Below, in pieces: positions 12,341 through 24,843 of a stretch of DNA of 64,000 bases (the stretch's first letter is position 1; each line of letters begins with the position of its first letter). The DNA is taken from contig QPGO01000012.1 of the NCBI GenBank assembly GCA_008632985.1, forward strand, positions 434,001 to 498,000, given 5' to 3'. The stretch is from Psammoneis japonica (taxonomy: Eukaryota). A program made the position numbers and the translations under genes. Under the pieces are notes generated by a model that saw only the letters and a program-made list of their open reading frames with translations, had not been told where the DNA came from and did no database searches.

Positions 12341-13633
12341 CCACTCACACGTGGCTGTTTCTCCTGCAAATGATCTTGCACAAAATGTTCACAGGGCATC
12401 AACACCATCTGTTGAATGCACAGGGGTGTTGGCATTTTGGTTTTTAAAAAGTTTTTGCTGGACAAAAACACAGCAAAATTGAGCACTGTTTTGGCATCTG
12501 TCCTGTTTTCCCATTTTCTCCAAGGACAACAGCCAGCAGAAAGCTGGCCAGTTTGGCAGGGCTTGAAAATTCTCTCTCTGTGTGTGTCTGTGCAAGGTCC
12601 ATGTAAAATTCCAAACATTTCTGGCAATGACATGTGTCAGCAGAATCCCACAATGCCCTTGAAGGCCTTTGTCAGCACAGTCTTGGAGCTCGCAACCAAA
12701 GAGAGATCACTGCAAAATGCCCAACAATTGAAATTTCTTTGACAATTTTTCAGTCTGCCTCAACAAAAGTTCAACAAAATTGGCACAGTTTGAATGGCAC
12801 CACGCACCCCCCCCCCCCAAGAACTTCTCAGCACACACATGACTCTGGTGCTGACAACTGACAGATCAGGAAAAAATGCAGAATTGCGTCAAGTTTGACA
12901 ATGGCCATCAAATGCAAATTTGTCTGCACCTCCTGCTTGCCCAATGCTGATCCACAATCAAGGCCATTGCATGCTGCCACACGTGTGGGAGGGAAGTTGG
13001 GTTCACCCACTGGCTGCTGGCTCAACTCATGGAGAATCACAGGGAACTTCATCACATGCCATGGGTGCAATGATGCCCAATCAACAAGCAACAAATTGCA
13101 TTGATGCAGTGATGACTTCACCATTGAAGAGTTGCTGCAGCTCCGCTTTGCGGAACCAAGCTGGATGCCCTCGGCGTCCACCACCCAGGCAGTGGGTCAG
13201 GAAGCCGTGGTGCACATGCTTCATTCCAAGCTCCCTGCAAGCCCCAATGGAGCACCAGTGGCAACCCTTTGATCTGCAGGGTTGTTCTGCATTGCACCAC
13301 ATGTCGTGCAGTCCACTGTGCTGCTGCTTCCATTTCCTCGTTGCAATGACAATTGTTGCTTGCTCGTTTGACGGAAGCAATCATTTTGTTTTTCTTGCCG
13401 CCAACAACACATGATGTCAGAGCACCAGCCACACGTGCATGATTTGCTGCCTTTTCATCCATGACAATTGTCAGGTGTTTCGTGGCATTCCACGCTCCAC
13501 CACTCTCCATCGTGAGTCCATCCATGCGACCAGGTGTGCTAAGCGCGCAAGCAACGGCTGACGTACAGACTCACGATGGCCGGTAACGAAAGTCTAATCG
13601 TCGTGCTCGTCTGCGCTGAGAGCATCATGCATC

Positions 13634-15352
13634 ATGCATCATGCAAATTCAGCCGAAACCATGACGAGTCATCAGGGAGAGGTACTTGCGGAGGAATTCG
13701 ATGCGAGAGCAGACGCTGGACGACTCTTTTCTCCCGTTAATACCAGAACCCGTGGGACGAAATTGACTCCTGCCGAGGTCACCGAGAGAGAGAATTGGAT
13801 GACGGAGAAGAATAGACTTTGCCGCAGTCATGCTCCAGGACTGCAAGAATTTGTTTCCTCGCAAGAGGAACTTCTGACTTCGCGAGTGCTGCCACCGGTC
13901 TTGGCTGCAGAAGGAGCCTCCGATCGCAGCGGAACGAATGACCGACGATCAAAGAGAGTGTATCCACACGCCATTTACGGATGGTCTGAATTTGAACGTG
14001 GGATAAACACGTTTCAAGGGAGTGACGAGACCATTCTGAATGGGATCGTGAACCCTCTAAAGATCTCCCTTTTAGATATGGCACCTTGTCGCGAAGAAGA
14101 GGATGAAGCGCATTATCTCTGGGGAAAAGTTCTTTTCCCTTTGAATGAAGTGAAGCTTTCTAGCTACCAGAACCACGCAAAGGATAGAATTATCAACGGA
14201 CTTCCCGATGGCATTGTGTTTAGTGGCGAAGATGTTAAAGCATGTGCTGAACTCAAGAGTACTCAAAATCTATTACTCCCACCTTCTCTCAAGGATCTGA
14301 TCTGTCAATACAATGAAGCTGTGCAGACGCAGAAACGGACGAAAGAGCGAGATCTCTTGTGGTCAAGAGTTTCTCACCCGATTGGCCAATTGGCTGGCTA
14401 CATGGTGGACAATAGGGCTGCATGCGGCGTTCTTTCATGTGGCACTAGGACACACTTTCTTTTGCTCGAAGGTGAGAACTTGAGGATCACCCGCGCTTTT
14501 TTCATCGGCGAAGCGAACTATCTCCGCGCTTGGGCCTATTTTTCGCATTTGGCAGAGCTGAAGCCACAGCTTTCCACGAATGAGATACCAGTGAGTTGGC
14601 TCGAGAACACGCCACTCCCGTCTCCGGAGGAAGAGGCCAATGATTCTGTGCCCAACGTCTCTTCGCCAAGTACGGATGAAGAAGATTATGGACTTGGAGG
14701 GAAAGCAGAAACGAGGCCCGAAAGAAAGACGAAGAGAAGGCAGCAAGGTCAGCCTAGGACGCATAAGAGGAGCAAGCGCAACGACAATAAGTATGATGGC
14801 AAGGTGGCAGCAGCCGCGATGCTCCCATTCACGCCAAGTTTCAAATCGGACAGTGTTGAATTCAACCTGACATCACATCTTCCGTCTGTCGATCTAGCGC
14901 TCCTTCAAGACAAGTCTCGTCTAGGATGTGGCCGGAATGGTACCACATTTCCTGCAACTTGGAACAATCGACAAGTCGCTGTGAAACAGTTTGATCTGTG
15001 GAAGAATGCTCAAGGTCTTCAGAATGAATCTGAAGCATATTGTTTTCTCAAAAATGATTGGGGACGCTTAGTTCCTGAACCTTTGTTTTGGAGTCAGTCA
15101 TGGTCAGGAAACGTGCTATATTTGGGTATGCAGCTTGGGCGCTCTCTGTCAGAGAGTTCCATGACGGAAGAACAACTGAAAAGGTCTTACAATTGCACTC
15201 TCCGAGGCCTGCGACGATTATATGGCTTCCATCAACAGGATATGTCTGACAAGAACTGTGTTATTGTGACGGGGGAGGATGAAAAGGAGCATGTGGTCAT
15301 GATTGATTTGGAAGTCTGGGAGCTGGGAGTGAAATCATGGGCAAAAGACTGA
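13634..15352 (+). CDS. Intronless 572-aa protein: PD-(D/E)XK restriction-endonuclease-like domain plus C-terminal protein kinase-like domain (Crinkler/RHS effector-type architecture)
   Basis: N-terminal half has GLPDGIV...AELKS...GQLAGYM...GVLS. C-terminal half has LGCGRNG, VAVK, E in helix C, HQQDMSDKN and MIDLE. Tyr and TpA content are normal. The start could be the ATG at 13634 or 13661. Confidence 0.8.
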   Translation: MHHANSAETMTSHQGEVLAEEFDARADAGRLFSPVNTRTRGTKLTPAEVTERENWMTEKNRLCRSHAPGLQEFVSSQEELLTSRVLPPVLAAEGASDRSGTNDRRSKRVYPHAIYGWSEFERGINTFQGSDETILNGIVNPLKISLLDMAPCREEEDEAHYLWGKVLFPLNEVKLSSYQNHAKDRIINGLPDGIVFSGEDVKACAELKSTQNLLLPPSLKDLICQYNEAVQTQKRTKERDLLWSRVSHPIGQLAGYMVDNRAACGVLSCGTRTHFLLLEGENLRITRAFFIGEANYLRAWAYFSHLAELKPQLSTNEIPVSWLENTPLPSPEEEANDSVPNVSSPSTDEEDYGLGGKAETRPERKTKRRQQGQPRTHKRSKRNDNKYDGKVAAAAMLPFTPSFKSDSVEFNLTSHLPSVDLALLQDKSRLGCGRNGTTFPATWNNRQVAVKQFDLWKNAQGLQNESEAYCFLKNDWGRLVPEPLFWSQSWSGNVLYLGMQLGRSLSESSMTEEQLKRSYNCTLRGLRRLYGFHQQDMSDKNCVIVTGEDEKEHVVMIDLEVWELGVKSWAKD

Positions 15353-15879
15353 CTCATCGCAGGATTCCCAGAGCCATTATTGCTATGATACGAGCACTAA
15401 ACCACTCTCATCTCATTCGATCAAGAGTCTCTCGCCATATCCGCGATAAATCAAAACACTCATCGACAGATTCGATTTGATGAACATCGACTCGTTCCAT
15501 TATGTATGCTCAGAAAAAGCAATGCTACTGTACTACCTCTCTAGAGTAACTTCAATCCATCATGCCGAGATGTCACACCCAGAAATCCGTTGACGACTGT
15601 CCTCGTTTCATGTCTCACTATTCCTTGATGAATGTCGACATTTTGATACAAAAGGCGGTTCTGTTCCACGAATCGTCATGTCCATACCTTCGAAAGAAGT
15701 TCCTCGCAAATACTGTATCACTCGATGGTGTGCTCCGCAAGTTCAAACACTTTTAGATACTCCCCAAAAGACACATAACAGTCGACTACACTCCACAATG
15801 AAGGGTGGCACCATGACCGATTCAATTGATTTTGGCGATGCGCAAGCCTCCTGGACAACCACAAACAACATAAACATTG

Positions 15880-18800
15880 GTCCACTTCATTGACGAAGCG
15901 TCCCAAAAGAATTGGCTGATGCTCCTCAAGATTGTTTGTTCTTTCGCTGCATCAATGGCACTCAAATTCAGTTGTGTTTGGATTCCTCTGGTGTGGAGAC
16001 AACCACCCTTTTGCACAAGCACAACATCTTTTGTGAACCATCCGGTTGCCTGCAACTGCCAAGCTGGTGTGCAGAGTGCTCCCACCAATGACTGCAATGG
16101 GTGTTTTGCATGATGTGTCCCCAAAATCACACCCTGGCCCACCACCTTCTTTCCATGATTGTGCCAAACCTTCAACATGTGACTCTGGAAACATTGGATT
16201 GTTGGTTTGTTGCAAATTGTTTCTCTAAACACCTTTGCTTGCTCCAGTCATTTTTGTTTCCATGGGGTCTGGATTCAAGAAAAGCCAAAACTTGACAAAA
16301 ATCTGTTTCTTGATTGTGTGCCAAATTTCTGTCAAGCTCTGGAGTGCACTCCTTTCCTCTTGCAGTCCAAGATTGTGTCAAGCACATTGGCGCCAAGGCT
16401 GCCCCCTTGGCCAGTTCTGTGACCCCTCCAATGAAATGTCAAAGGAGCTGGTCCCCCCAATGAAGTGCTCACACAATTTGTGTGCCATGCCCCATGTCTC
16501 TGCCTCTCAATGGCTTTGGAGTGACTTGTCTCAAGATGGCCTTGTTGCCACATTGAAAGTGGATTGGCCCAAGATTGCATTTTTTTGTGCAGTGTGTGAC
16601 ATCACAGGGTGCAGTTTTGCACTTTTGCTTCTTTTGCACACTTTCATGTGCCATGCCAGCATGTCAAACAAAAGCAAGGCCAATGATGCTCACTCTTTTT
16701 GATGCCACAGTCAGACGGACAAAAGCAGGGCTCCACAAAACATTTTTTTTTTGGAAGTTTCTCTCCACAGGTCCCATCTCTGCTGTCCAAGGAGCCAAGT
16801 GGTCCAGATGGTGATTCCCAGAGTGCTGTTTTCAAGCAGCAGGAGTGTGCAAAAATCTCATGGAAATGGCCGCGCAAGCAGCATCAGTGGTTGAGCAGTC
16901 CTGTTCTTTTGCACTGCTGTCTTCTTGGAATGCTGGCATGTTGATCCTTTTTGTTCTGTCAGGGCAAGTGCAACAGGACAGCACCCAAAACAAGAAGAAA
17001 GGGAGGAAAAAATGTTCCCACACACGTGCTTGTGCACCGGCCTGGTTTTGGCCTGGATTTTTGGAAGCAGAGACAATCTGGTCTCATCGACACATGAGAG
17101 GTGTGTTCACATTGATCGCAATGTCAAAAATGGTGGGGACAGGGGTGGGGTGCAGAAAAAGTGAGATGATTTGACCTCTTTTTTTGTTTGCTGACACCAA
17201 GCCGCAAACCCCGCCAATCATGGGTCAGAGAGATGAGGGGAGCAAGGAGTGGCCAGGATGAAAAGGAAACAAAATGCTTGGTCTGGCATGGAGAAAGCTT
17301 CTTCACCAACCTGACACATGATGCAGAATCCCAAACGGCAACAGCAAAAAGTTGAGATGAAGTTCACTGCTCTTTTGTTTGTGTGTCTGAAAAAATGAGA
17401 TCACAATGGCGTCATGCTCATGCACAGAACAAAAACAATGAATGATTGACATTGACATTGGCATCATAAATGCATGTGATTGCATGGGTCAAATGGTCCA
17501 TCCATTGAACGATTTTTGATTTCACTTTGTTTTGGTGGCATCTGTGCACAGTTCTGCATGACACACACCAAGATTGCCACCAAGAAATCACTGTTTGACA
17601 AGATGCTCCATGGCATTGTCACCACTGCTCCTGCCTCACACTGAAGCTTTGTGGCCCATCCTGCAAGACTTCCTTTCATTGCAATGGTCAAGAATGTGTG
17701 CAAGCACAATGAAGAAAGGGGGTCCGTTGGTGAAGAAAACCTTCTTGAACCTCTAGTCTGCCACAAATTGCTGCTGCCAAGCCCAGTAAATCAGAAACAT
17801 GTGAGAATGCAGAATGGCACCACTGGGTGTTCTGCGCAGAGACTGGTGCATCAGATGCACTGAAAGACACTGATGCTGCCAATTGGAAGAACCAGAAACA
17901 GCAGAAAGATCAACGGTCACATTGTGCTCTTCCAGTTTGTCTTGCTTTGTTTGGCCCGGCACTGTCAAATGACAGCAGCAAATTGGTGGATGAATCTGTT
18001 GTCAAAGGAAGAGCAAAAGTCAGCACAAGAAAGGTTGAGGTTGAGGAACAAGCAGCGCTGCTGTCTTTTGAAGATGACGAGTCAGACAATGATGATGGCT
18101 GTTGTGATTTTGGTTTGCCATGCAAAACTGACTCAACAATTGCACTTCCAGTGTCTTGCAATGACCCACATCTGTGGTGTGACAAAATGCTGGCAGCTCC
18201 GATGGGCCCAGAAGTGGGGACTGGGCCATTGGTGCTTGTGTCTTTTGGTGCATTGTGCTGCATCAATGCCGCCACATCTGTCAATTGGTCATTCCATTGC
18301 AGGTGACAAAAGTTGAGGTGCCAACCAATCTCACAATGTGCACCCAGTTCTTTTCTGTGACCCATTGGGTGCAATGTTGTTGACTTTAGTCAAACAGAGC
18401 TGCTGATCTGGCTCAGCCAAATGCATTTAATGTGGCGTCTTCTTTGAATTTTTCTCAAAGGCAGTTGTCGCTTCTCTGATCCTGATTCATTCTGCTCAAG
18501 GAGTGCAAGGTCTTCTTCATCAAATGTCTGCTCCAGCTTTGGAAACCCACTTTCAATTTGGCAATTCTGGAACTCTTCATTGTGTTAAAGTCTTTTTTCT
18601 TCATGTGAGCCAGAGCAGGTGACTTGAGATTCTTGAAATCTGGCTCATTCACAAGGAACTGCATTTGTGCAAGAGCATCCAGGGGGTGTTCTCATCAAGC
18701 AGATTTTTCCAGTTGACTCTGGGCATTCAAGAGAGCTTGTTGTCACAGCAGCAGCAATTTGTGGTCAGCTCTTTTGTGGGCATCAACCAGCGCACCATCA

Positions 18801-19740
18801 ACGACCACATGTTAAATGCCCTCCTGCATCTTCACCATGTGCAATTTTCAATTCTGCACTGCCTGCTGTCAGCATCACCCCCGTCTTCAGGTGCCAATTT
18901 TGTGTGATGTGTTCAGAAGCCTTTGCAGTGCCAGTGGCCAATGCAGACATGTTGTCACTTTGAAGCAGCAAGAGCACATCCAATGACAGAATCTCTTGAG
19001 TTGTGAAAAACATTGGACCCGCATTTGATGGCAGAACCCACCTTAACTTGCAACTCTCACAATTGGGTCTGTTGTCATTCTGACAGCCAATGCCAATGAG
19101 TCGTTGCCCAGTCTCCCTTGCTTCTTCATGGTCTCCACAAAAGCGTTCATGTCAGTCTGTCAGTGTCGTTGGTGGCACAAATGCAAAAATGGACAGAAGC
19201 AAGGCCGTTCTGTTTTCTTCTGACATGAGGTGTTTGAACACATTTTTTGAGCTCATTGGCTCAGCCCTGTTTCCAGTCACAGTCACAGACAAAAGCAGGG
19301 ATGACATGTTCTTGAAGACATTCGCAACAGCAAGTTTCAACCACAACTTGCTCTGTGAGCAGTGGGCCATCCACTCCGATTGTGTTCCTCGTGCCGTGCC
19401 ATCGCTTTGTTTCTCCCGGCCGGAGCGGTGTTCCAACGTTCGTGACTTGGTGGGGTGTGGGGTTCGTCTTTTTTCTTTTTCTTGACAGGAGCTGGGCATT
19501 CAAACTCGTCTTCACTTTTTTCTGATTCACGATTTCTCTTTTGGATGGTGTGAACTGTCTTGTGGCTGGTGACGCATTGAACACAATGCACTGGGCTCTG
19601 GGATGTCTTTTCCACTGGCAAATGAACCATGCAGTGAAGACAAATTTTGCAGCCACAAGGAGTCAAACTGATGATGCACTCCTCCTCTTGCTCCTCACTA
19701 CATTCAACACATGCAAGCATCATTTTCAATTGTCGTCGTT
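15880..19740. other. Degenerate TpA-depleted block
   Basis: Same TA-poor, TG/CA-rich composition as the first block. CpG reappears from ~19090 while TpA stays absent until ~19740. Confidence 0.8.
19500..19729 (-). pseudogene. Possible decayed RING-finger-like coding remnant
   Basis: CVEC...PCGCKICLHC...HCVQC spacing resembles a RING domain, but Cys is inflated in this mutated DNA. Confidence 0.3.
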
Positions 19741-20136
19741 GTCATCGTATTCCGCTGGAGTCACAGTGAGGTGTGTGGAGGGAAGAATGAGCGGTTTCAC
19801 GTGCACCTCACAAATTTCGAAAATTTGCATGCTGGATGCGGCATTATTTTTTGTCAACCGCAAATGGCGACGGCAAAAGTTCAAGTCGAGATGAAGTTCA
19901 CTGCGTGTGTCTGCTTGTTGATGGACGTTTAAATCGAAAGAGCAAGAGTGATGAGGAGTCGAGTGAGCTGACAAAGGGTGATGTAGTTCATCATCGCTTT
20001 CTGTCGCGCGTGGTGAGATCAGCCAATAAATGTTTTTGGGAGGCGATGGTCAGAGTTCTCTTTTGCCGCGGAGCTCAACAACAATGCGGGACGAAGCCAT
20101 CGACACACAAAATCACAACCAAACAAATCAACAACA

Positions 20137-21971
20137 ATGCTTCGCCTTCTACTTGTTGCTTCCACACTGTCCTTGGCTGCCGTTGCTACGAGTGGCGAAA
20201 TTGAGAATGCTCCCGTGCTTGTGGTTCCCTTTCAAGCAAGCGCCTTGAACTATTTCGCATACGACCTTGAAAACCCACAAGCCACGGGAGACTGCCCAGT
20301 TGGCTCCATAAGTGCACAGTATACAAGCGATTCTGCAGCTTGCCCATTTGACTGCCACTTGTTCAAGCTAAAACCCGGTGATAGAGTTCGGTACAAGTTC
20401 AAGACTTTGAATAGAGTCAAACTGGATTATTACTTTATTGTCGCCAGTGACGACAAGGACGCCAAGTTCAGTATCACGGTGAATAACAAGAAAAAATTCT
20501 CCCGAGACCTTAGTTTTAGAGGCAATCAGAAGTTTCAGCGAGTGCGTGGAATTCTTCCCGTAAGATCCTTGGATCCAGGAGCGTACGTGCTGGACCTAAA
20601 AATCCAGCAAGGCACAATCAACATTTGTTCGGTCGAAACGGTCCTTGGCCACACAGTCGTGCCTGATGTCAATGGGATTAGTTCCACGGATTTTCAGCAC
20701 GCCTCTCGACTGATTCCAGCAAAAGATGTAATCATTTCAGAAAAGCGTCGCCGACCCCGAACTCGGGCAGGCGGGGCTCTGCTTTACAAGGTATTGGTGC
20801 AAGAATCCGGCACCTTTCAAATAATGACTCGCATTGCGAGTAAGTCTGCAGACAAGACATATCAAATAGAAGTAGATGGAACACCCGTGACAGGAAATAG
20901 CCGCACCCAATCCAAAATCTGGCAGGTTGAAATTCCGAGAAGTACTTGCCGTGCCACAAGTGTTCTTGACCAAGGGATTTCACAAAATTTTCATTCGATT
21001 TCATTCCAAAAAGGTCGTACTAGACAAATTCAAAGTGAGACCCTTCAAGGTGGAGGAAAAGAAAACGTTTGACGTTGGTGAGTTTGGTCTACAAGTTTGC
21101 GCATCCTTCTACAGATTGGTCGTCACTTTTATAACCATTCACTCGTCTATCACTCTTTTAGCTGTCTTTGCCATTGAACACCTGAAAACTTGCCTCCTTT
21201 ACAAGGACTGTAACCCGGATCGCATTGCTGATCCAGACTTGTCCAACTGCATCACCATGAGGGACCCGTATACCTTTGGTGGGTACAATCCGGACGACTT
21301 TTTGGCCTTGTCCTTGGATAGTATTTCGTCCGTCTACCAATTCCAGCTACTCTGTGCTACCAGGCTTTACCGAGCTTTGCACAGACTTCCACGGTGCCGT
21401 AGATTTAAACGAGGACAAGCAGATTACTCGTCTTAGTGAATACGTGAGCGATTGGTCCAATGGAGATGTCGAGCTGAAATTTCATACAATTGGAATTCCT
21501 TCTCTTGACTTGGCACTGGACCAGACAACAGCTTTGTTTTATCCCGGTCCCACCAGCATGAAGGATGTTATCGAGTCCACACTTGATTTTGCTCCAGACT
21601 TTGTGTTTGTGCAATCGTCCAATGAAGAAGATAGTTTTTGGGTGTTTTCGGCAGCGGCACAACGGAGCAAGTTCTGCCCCGTCACATTGGTTGGCCCCGA
21701 CGGAGTCGGTGGAGCGGCGGGGTACACGTGGATTGGTAGATTTCAAGATCCAGAATATGGCCATGATTGCTTAGGGCCGTCCGGCGATCGTCTCATTTTT
21801 GATTTGTTTTTGGAGCAATTCAAATGGGCGTACGAAAATGTATCACCGCGCCAGCCATTTGACGGAACCTGGAAAGCAGGCACCAACTTTATTGCCAATC
21901 ACTGCAAGGACAGAATCAAGAACTTTAGTGAGACGGGTATTGACACCGGGGGACCATGTTTTAGCATTTAA
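20137..21971 (+). CDS. Secreted protein with two CBM6/35-like beta-sandwich modules and an unassigned C-terminal domain (spliced; apparent frameshift near 20890)
   Basis: Signal peptide MLRLLLVASTLSLAAVA. Repeated pattern GD.VRY.F...IVAS...FSITVN / GALLYKV.VQESGTFQIMTRIAS...YQIEVDG. GTGAGT donor at ~21078. Last exon lies in ORF 21276..21971. Confidence 0.65.
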
Positions 21972-22676
21972 CAACAGCCGGGGGGTCAGGCATTTGATGT
22001 TGTTGGTTACTTGTCAGTCACAACTCCCTTTTCGCTGCTATTTCCACACAATGCACTCCGAATGGCGTTCGTTGTATTGCCAAAAGCGCCACCTCTCTCG
22101 CGAAAATTCATGCGGCATGGACATGGCCCAACATCCAGGTTGTGTTCGTTGGCATCCCTTTCTAATCTGTCGCAGCCTCCTCGACACGAATATGAAAAAA
22201 ACACATTAGAAGCCACTCTAGAGTGGACTAGAGTGCCATGCTGCACCGAGGGGCCGGCACCGTCACGTCACTTAGCTATCAGTTACTGGCAGTTACTTCT
22301 CTCTACTCTACTAGCTCTAGAGTAGAGAGTAGAGTAGAGTTAGTTATTAGTTTTTATTTTCGTCCTACCTACCCCGAAGCGAAGCAAAGCACACGAAACT
22401 GTGACTGATTACATATGACCAGGCTCACTATTTTTTCGTTGTTGGTCGGCGCTTATGTGCCAGTCACGAATAAAATCATATGCTCCTAAAATATATGTAT
22501 ATCTAAATGTATTAATGTTTGTGTTACTTATGAATACCCACGCAATGAAAATGCTTTTTATTTTCGTCAACAGCAATTGATTTTGATCCGTTCACATTTC
22601 ATTCGTTGCAACATCTCCATGTCGATGAACAGTTTTCTTCAAGCATTGTATCAGCAACAGCAAGAGATATATATTG

Positions 22677-23876
22677 ATGGTATCTGTGACTCGCAGTAAC
22701 AAGAAACGCCACCGAATAAATGTCGGCGCCGCTTACTTGGCTTTTCTCGTCATTAATGTCGTTGTCGTTGTGATTGTAAACGTGAGAATCTCGGCAAGGG
22801 TATTACTCCTATCTGACACCGCGACATTTGATGCAAAACATCACAAAAAGCGGCGATCATCACTCCGATTTGATTGGACAAACCTTCCTCCACTCACGCC
22901 TCTTGGAAAAAGGATAGCGGAATCCCAGTCGAAATGTTTTCGGCACAAAAATGAAAAGAGTCCTCCTCAACTTGTCGTTACCAAGACATTGCGGTTCTCT
23001 GGATTAGGATCCTCCCTTCATACTTGGTCTCAGAGCTTATGCCATGCCGTTGAGTATGATCAAGTCCTTGACACAAGACAACATCTTTGGAATTGGTATG
23101 ACAAGCGCCGTTGTCCCCTTCTGAACGAATCTGAATCGCCACTGTCTTGTTACTTTGGACAGCACGTGTCTGCCGCACGATTGTGTCCTGCTAGTCGTGT
23201 GAAAGTGGTTAATAAAGGAGCGTTTGAACCTAGCGACTGTGATCAGCTAAAGAAAGAATTTACTCTTTCTGGGGTTCGAGCGGCAGCAATGGAATGGCTA
23301 TTTCAGAATGTGACGACACTCGTTCTCGATGAAGCAGAAAGTCAAATGCGTGACATATTCGGAGAAACGAATAGCAACAATGTTACAACTGTGAAGATTC
23401 CTAAAGATTTGATTACAGTTCACATTCGATGGGGAGATAAAGGTCGAGAGAATCCGCTTTTGCCTGTTGAGGCTTACATCAATTACACCAAAGCCTTGCT
23501 TCACCCCGATGAGCTTGTGGGTATCAAACAACCACACATTTACTTGGCAAGTGAAGATCCAACAGCCTTCTTAAAGTTCCGTTCAAACGCTCCACCGCAT
23601 TGGAGAGTGTATGCTTCAGGGCCAAAGAACCCCGACGAGAAATCCAGTATGGTGACTCTCGGTGGTTCATCTAATGGTTCCGCGGGATTGGAATCGATTG
23701 CCGCACTCTTGATATCGTTGGAAGCCAATCGCTATGTTTTGGCGACAGGAAGTAATTGGAGTCGCTTGATCAATGAGTTGCGAAAAAATATCGTTGATCC
23801 GCGCTGCTCGAACTGCACCCGCATGATCAACATTCACGACATCGTGCATGGCGAAGAAAATTACGGCGAGTGTTGA
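22677..23876 (+). CDS. Alpha-1,6-fucosyltransferase-like glycosyltransferase (GT23/NodZ-like), type II membrane protein
   Basis: N-terminal TM helix. Motifs GLGSSLH, TVHIRWGDK (GDP-fucose motif I), IYLASEDP (motif II) and SNWSRLINEL (motif III). Confidence 0.85.
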   Translation: MVSVTRSNKKRHRINVGAAYLAFLVINVVVVVIVNVRISARVLLLSDTATFDAKHHKKRRSSLRFDWTNLPPLTPLGKRIAESQSKCFRHKNEKSPPQLVVTKTLRFSGLGSSLHTWSQSLCHAVEYDQVLDTRQHLWNWYDKRRCPLLNESESPLSCYFGQHVSAARLCPASRVKVVNKGAFEPSDCDQLKKEFTLSGVRAAAMEWLFQNVTTLVLDEAESQMRDIFGETNSNNVTTVKIPKDLITVHIRWGDKGRENPLLPVEAYINYTKALLHPDELVGIKQPHIYLASEDPTAFLKFRSNAPPHWRVYASGPKNPDEKSSMVTLGGSSNGSAGLESIAALLISLEANRYVLATGSNWSRLINELRKNIVDPRCSNCTRMINIHDIVHGEENYGEC

Positions 23877-24843
23877 CTCTTTTCGATGGTCGTGGTGGTT
23901 GCATATATGTGACGATTACAGCTGAACAACAGAGCATGATGATGGTAGTATCCTAAGCAACTTTCTAGACCAATCACCAAGCCTTCCGTTTTATAAAAAA
24001 CTCCATCATAACAAAAGAACTCGACCTAATTCCATAAAATGTCTGCGTTTGTCATATCAACCCAGTTTCTCAAGGTTTCGAACAGAATAGTGTTGCTCTT
24101 GTTGTTGATTATCAGCGTGATGGCGAGAAATGGAATAAATACCAGCGGCCTGTTCAAAATTCGAGAGACCGAAGCTCGCCTTGTTCGTAGCGATGCACAA
24201 AATAATTCACCGCCAAGACACACTTCGTATTGCCTTCGTCATACAACTCGTTCCTTTTCTCGTCGAATTATTTGTATTAGTTGTGTTGCAAGGAATCTCA
24301 TCGGATCGATCTGGCACCCACATCAACCTGATCCAGTGGGATGGATTTCTTTCAACGGTGTTCCACCCGACGAGCTTTTTTAAATGATGACAAATGTTCA
24401 GTGACATTTCCTGATTGTGTTCCCGCTGGTTCCAAAGCAGCTCAGAGCGGGTTTTCGATTTTCTTTTGATGGCTTTGAAATCATGATGGAGTTTTCATCA
24501 GAACTACTCGTCACGATGACGACTCCCGGCATGACAAGCGAATTGTTTGAAAGGGCCGAGGACAAATAATGAGGGGTGTGCGGCAGGACGCACGACTCCG
24601 CCTCCGCCATTATGGCGCGCCGTGGTCCTACTATTACGTAGGCGGCAATTTCAGTATGTCTTGCGTAGAAATGAACGTGGATGACATCATCGCATGGAAA
24701 TTCTCCCACCGACCGGTTTCTCGCGTCCGTAGTCAGCAGACAACGCATCAATGTTCGTTTTTTCCAAACGGTTTGCTGTTGTTCTTACTTCTTACCTTGG
24801 TTGTGTTTGTTATCGGCAACATTGGCCTTTAGTCTCGTCTATC

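Larger units (their letters stand above)
6400..13535. other. Heavily degenerate repeat-derived block depleted of both TpA and CpG
   Basis: TA and CG are rare while TG/CA are abundant. Six-frame ORFs are Cys/His-rich with almost no Tyr. The block contains internal diverged duplications. Confidence 0.8.

Noticed and set aside
6600..13530. Dozens of overlapping Cys/His-rich ORFs (also at 15.9-19.5 kb and 48.3-56.5 kb) as novel metal-binding proteins
   Set aside because: They are a by-product of TA loss. TAA/TAG stops and Tyr codons vanish and TG/CA-containing codons rise in all six frames. No coherent domains were recognised.
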